Positions 63,468-64,000 of a DNA stretch of 64,000 nucleotides are shown here, in pieces. The notes below the pieces were generated by a model. The model made no database searches. It worked only from the letters and a program-made list of their open reading frames with translations, and was not told the origin of the DNA. The stretch is taken from assembly GCF_009914755.1 (NCBI RefSeq), contig NC_060933.1; one strand, 5' to 3'. A program made the position numbers and the translations under genes. Within the stretch, counting starts at the first letter, position 1. The number at the start of each line of letters is the position of its first letter. The DNA comes from the human T2T-CHM13v2.0 reference genome, Homo sapiens.

Positions 63468-64000
63468 CTAGAGAGAAACTACTTAGTTCTGGACTTTCTA
63501 TTATTATTACTGTAGTACATGCACATAATTAAAAGATAAATATTGGTATACTTGGGGAAGACATACGTAAAGTGTTTTTATTCATAGGTGCAGATGATCA
63601 AAAACTTTAAAGACCACTTCTATGAACTTTCAGGATATAAATTTCGTAAAGTTAATGAAAACACTCGGTTCTATTTTATTGCCAGGGCAATAAATTGAAT
63701 GACAGCTCCAGAAAGATGGGAGACTGTCAAAAAATAAAATGTTAACAGTACAATCAAAAATGGGCCTGATGGGGAAGAAAAGGGCAGTTATTGTCACACC
63801 TGTGAGGTTGCATAGGGAGCTCTTCTAGGAGTTCAGAGTTTAAAAGAATATTTGACACTAAGGGAGGGGGAGATTCTATCCAAAGAAGTACAAAGGGACA
63901 GCACCTTACTGAAAAAGAATGAAAACACTGACATTCACGAAGTGCAGAGGCTTTTAGAAAATACCAAGGAAAACAAGGATTTCAAACCCAAAATATCTGA

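Overview
This is repeat-dense, intergenic primate (human-like) DNA. I can support no intact protein-coding gene, RNA gene or CRISPR array. It holds two processed pseudogenes on the minus strand, GPS2 (~27.2-28.4 kb) and ATP5PD/ATP5H (~52.05-52.65 kb). From memory, unverified, this pairing fits human 9p24 (GPS2P1/ATP5PDP2, beyond PUM3). The rest is Alu, L1, L2/MIR, ERVL/MaLR LTRs and DNA-transposon fossils; subfamily names come from recalled consensus sequences and need RepeatMasker confirmation. The best second-look items are: (1) a compound retro-locus at 44.8-52.7 kb, where a full-length L1 landed in the poly(A) of the ATP5PD retrocopy, keeps an open, extended ORF0 pointing antisense into that pseudogene, and contains an inverted L1 3' fragment sharing non-consensus variants with its host; (2) a tail-less GPS2 retrocopy whose frameshift is bypassed by a flanking ATG behind a GC-box/TATA arrangement, giving a 253-aa chimeric ORF; (3) a 208-bp templated copy of nearby DNA inserted inside an Alu; (4) a probable ancient L1 3' transduction; (5) two strong co-oriented CTCF motifs; (6) several template-switch micro-palindromes. 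I see no convincing new multi-gene system, and all functional claims are hypotheses.
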